A stretch of 64,000 nt of DNA from Eledone cirrhosa (taxonomy: Eukaryota), in the NCBI GenBank assembly GCA_964016885.1, contig OZ024749.1, forward strand, positions 49,476,001 through 49,540,000, read 5' to 3'. This document shows, in pieces, positions 63,875 to 64,000 of the stretch. The notes under the pieces are model-generated. The model was not told where the DNA came from, searched no databases, and saw only the letters and a program-made list of their open reading frames with translations. A program made the position numbers and the translations under genes. How positions within the stretch are numbered: the first letter of the stretch is position 1; each line of letters starts with the position of its first letter.

Positions 63875-64000
63875 GACAGCTAGCGCCATCCCACTCCCTC
63901 ATTCGGCCGCTGACCTCTGTACGACCGACCCCATTTCACGCGCACGCGCGCTCTGCCGAATACCTCAGATATTGAAAACAACAAACAGCGAAAGACGCGT
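63875..64000 (+). promoter_or_regulatory. GC/CpG-rich segment, possible promoter or 5' end of a gene beyond the window
   Basis: Sharp CpG rise (CACGCGCACGCGCGC) and Inr-like TCATTC at 63899-63904. Confidence 0.3.

Overview
Very AT-rich eukaryotic non-coding DNA. Its repeat content (a tRNA-headed SINE with GCCTTTCATCCTTACGGGGTCGATAAA and kilobase (TA)n arrays) fits a coleoid cephalopod such as Octopus; this is inferred, not proven. I found no intact protein-coding gene, and nearly all listed ORFs are microsatellite translations. Conventional features are about a dozen SINE copies (several with target-site duplications), a decayed R4/Dong-type RT fragment, an RTE-like duplicated element, three multi-kb (TA)n arrays and an E2F/CHR/CCAAT promoter-like cluster at ~5.5-5.9 kb. 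The main signal is a set of short elements in or beside (TA)n tracts that carry minimal type I hammerhead ribozyme (HHR) motifs: CUGANGA, stem II, GAAA, palindromic stem III, NUH. There are eight complete cores at six loci, plus several half-motifs. They include a retrozyme-like 428-bp tandem dimer with one HHR per unit (32.9-33.8 kb), a diverged third copy with a compensatory stem change (44.2 kb), an HHR just downstream of a Penelope-like GIY-YIG remnant (35 kb), and a 213-bp-arm palindrome with an HHR on each strand (60.5-60.9 kb). Most have fold-back inverted duplications with copy-specific turn points. All folds and alignments were done by eye, and catalytic activity is untested.
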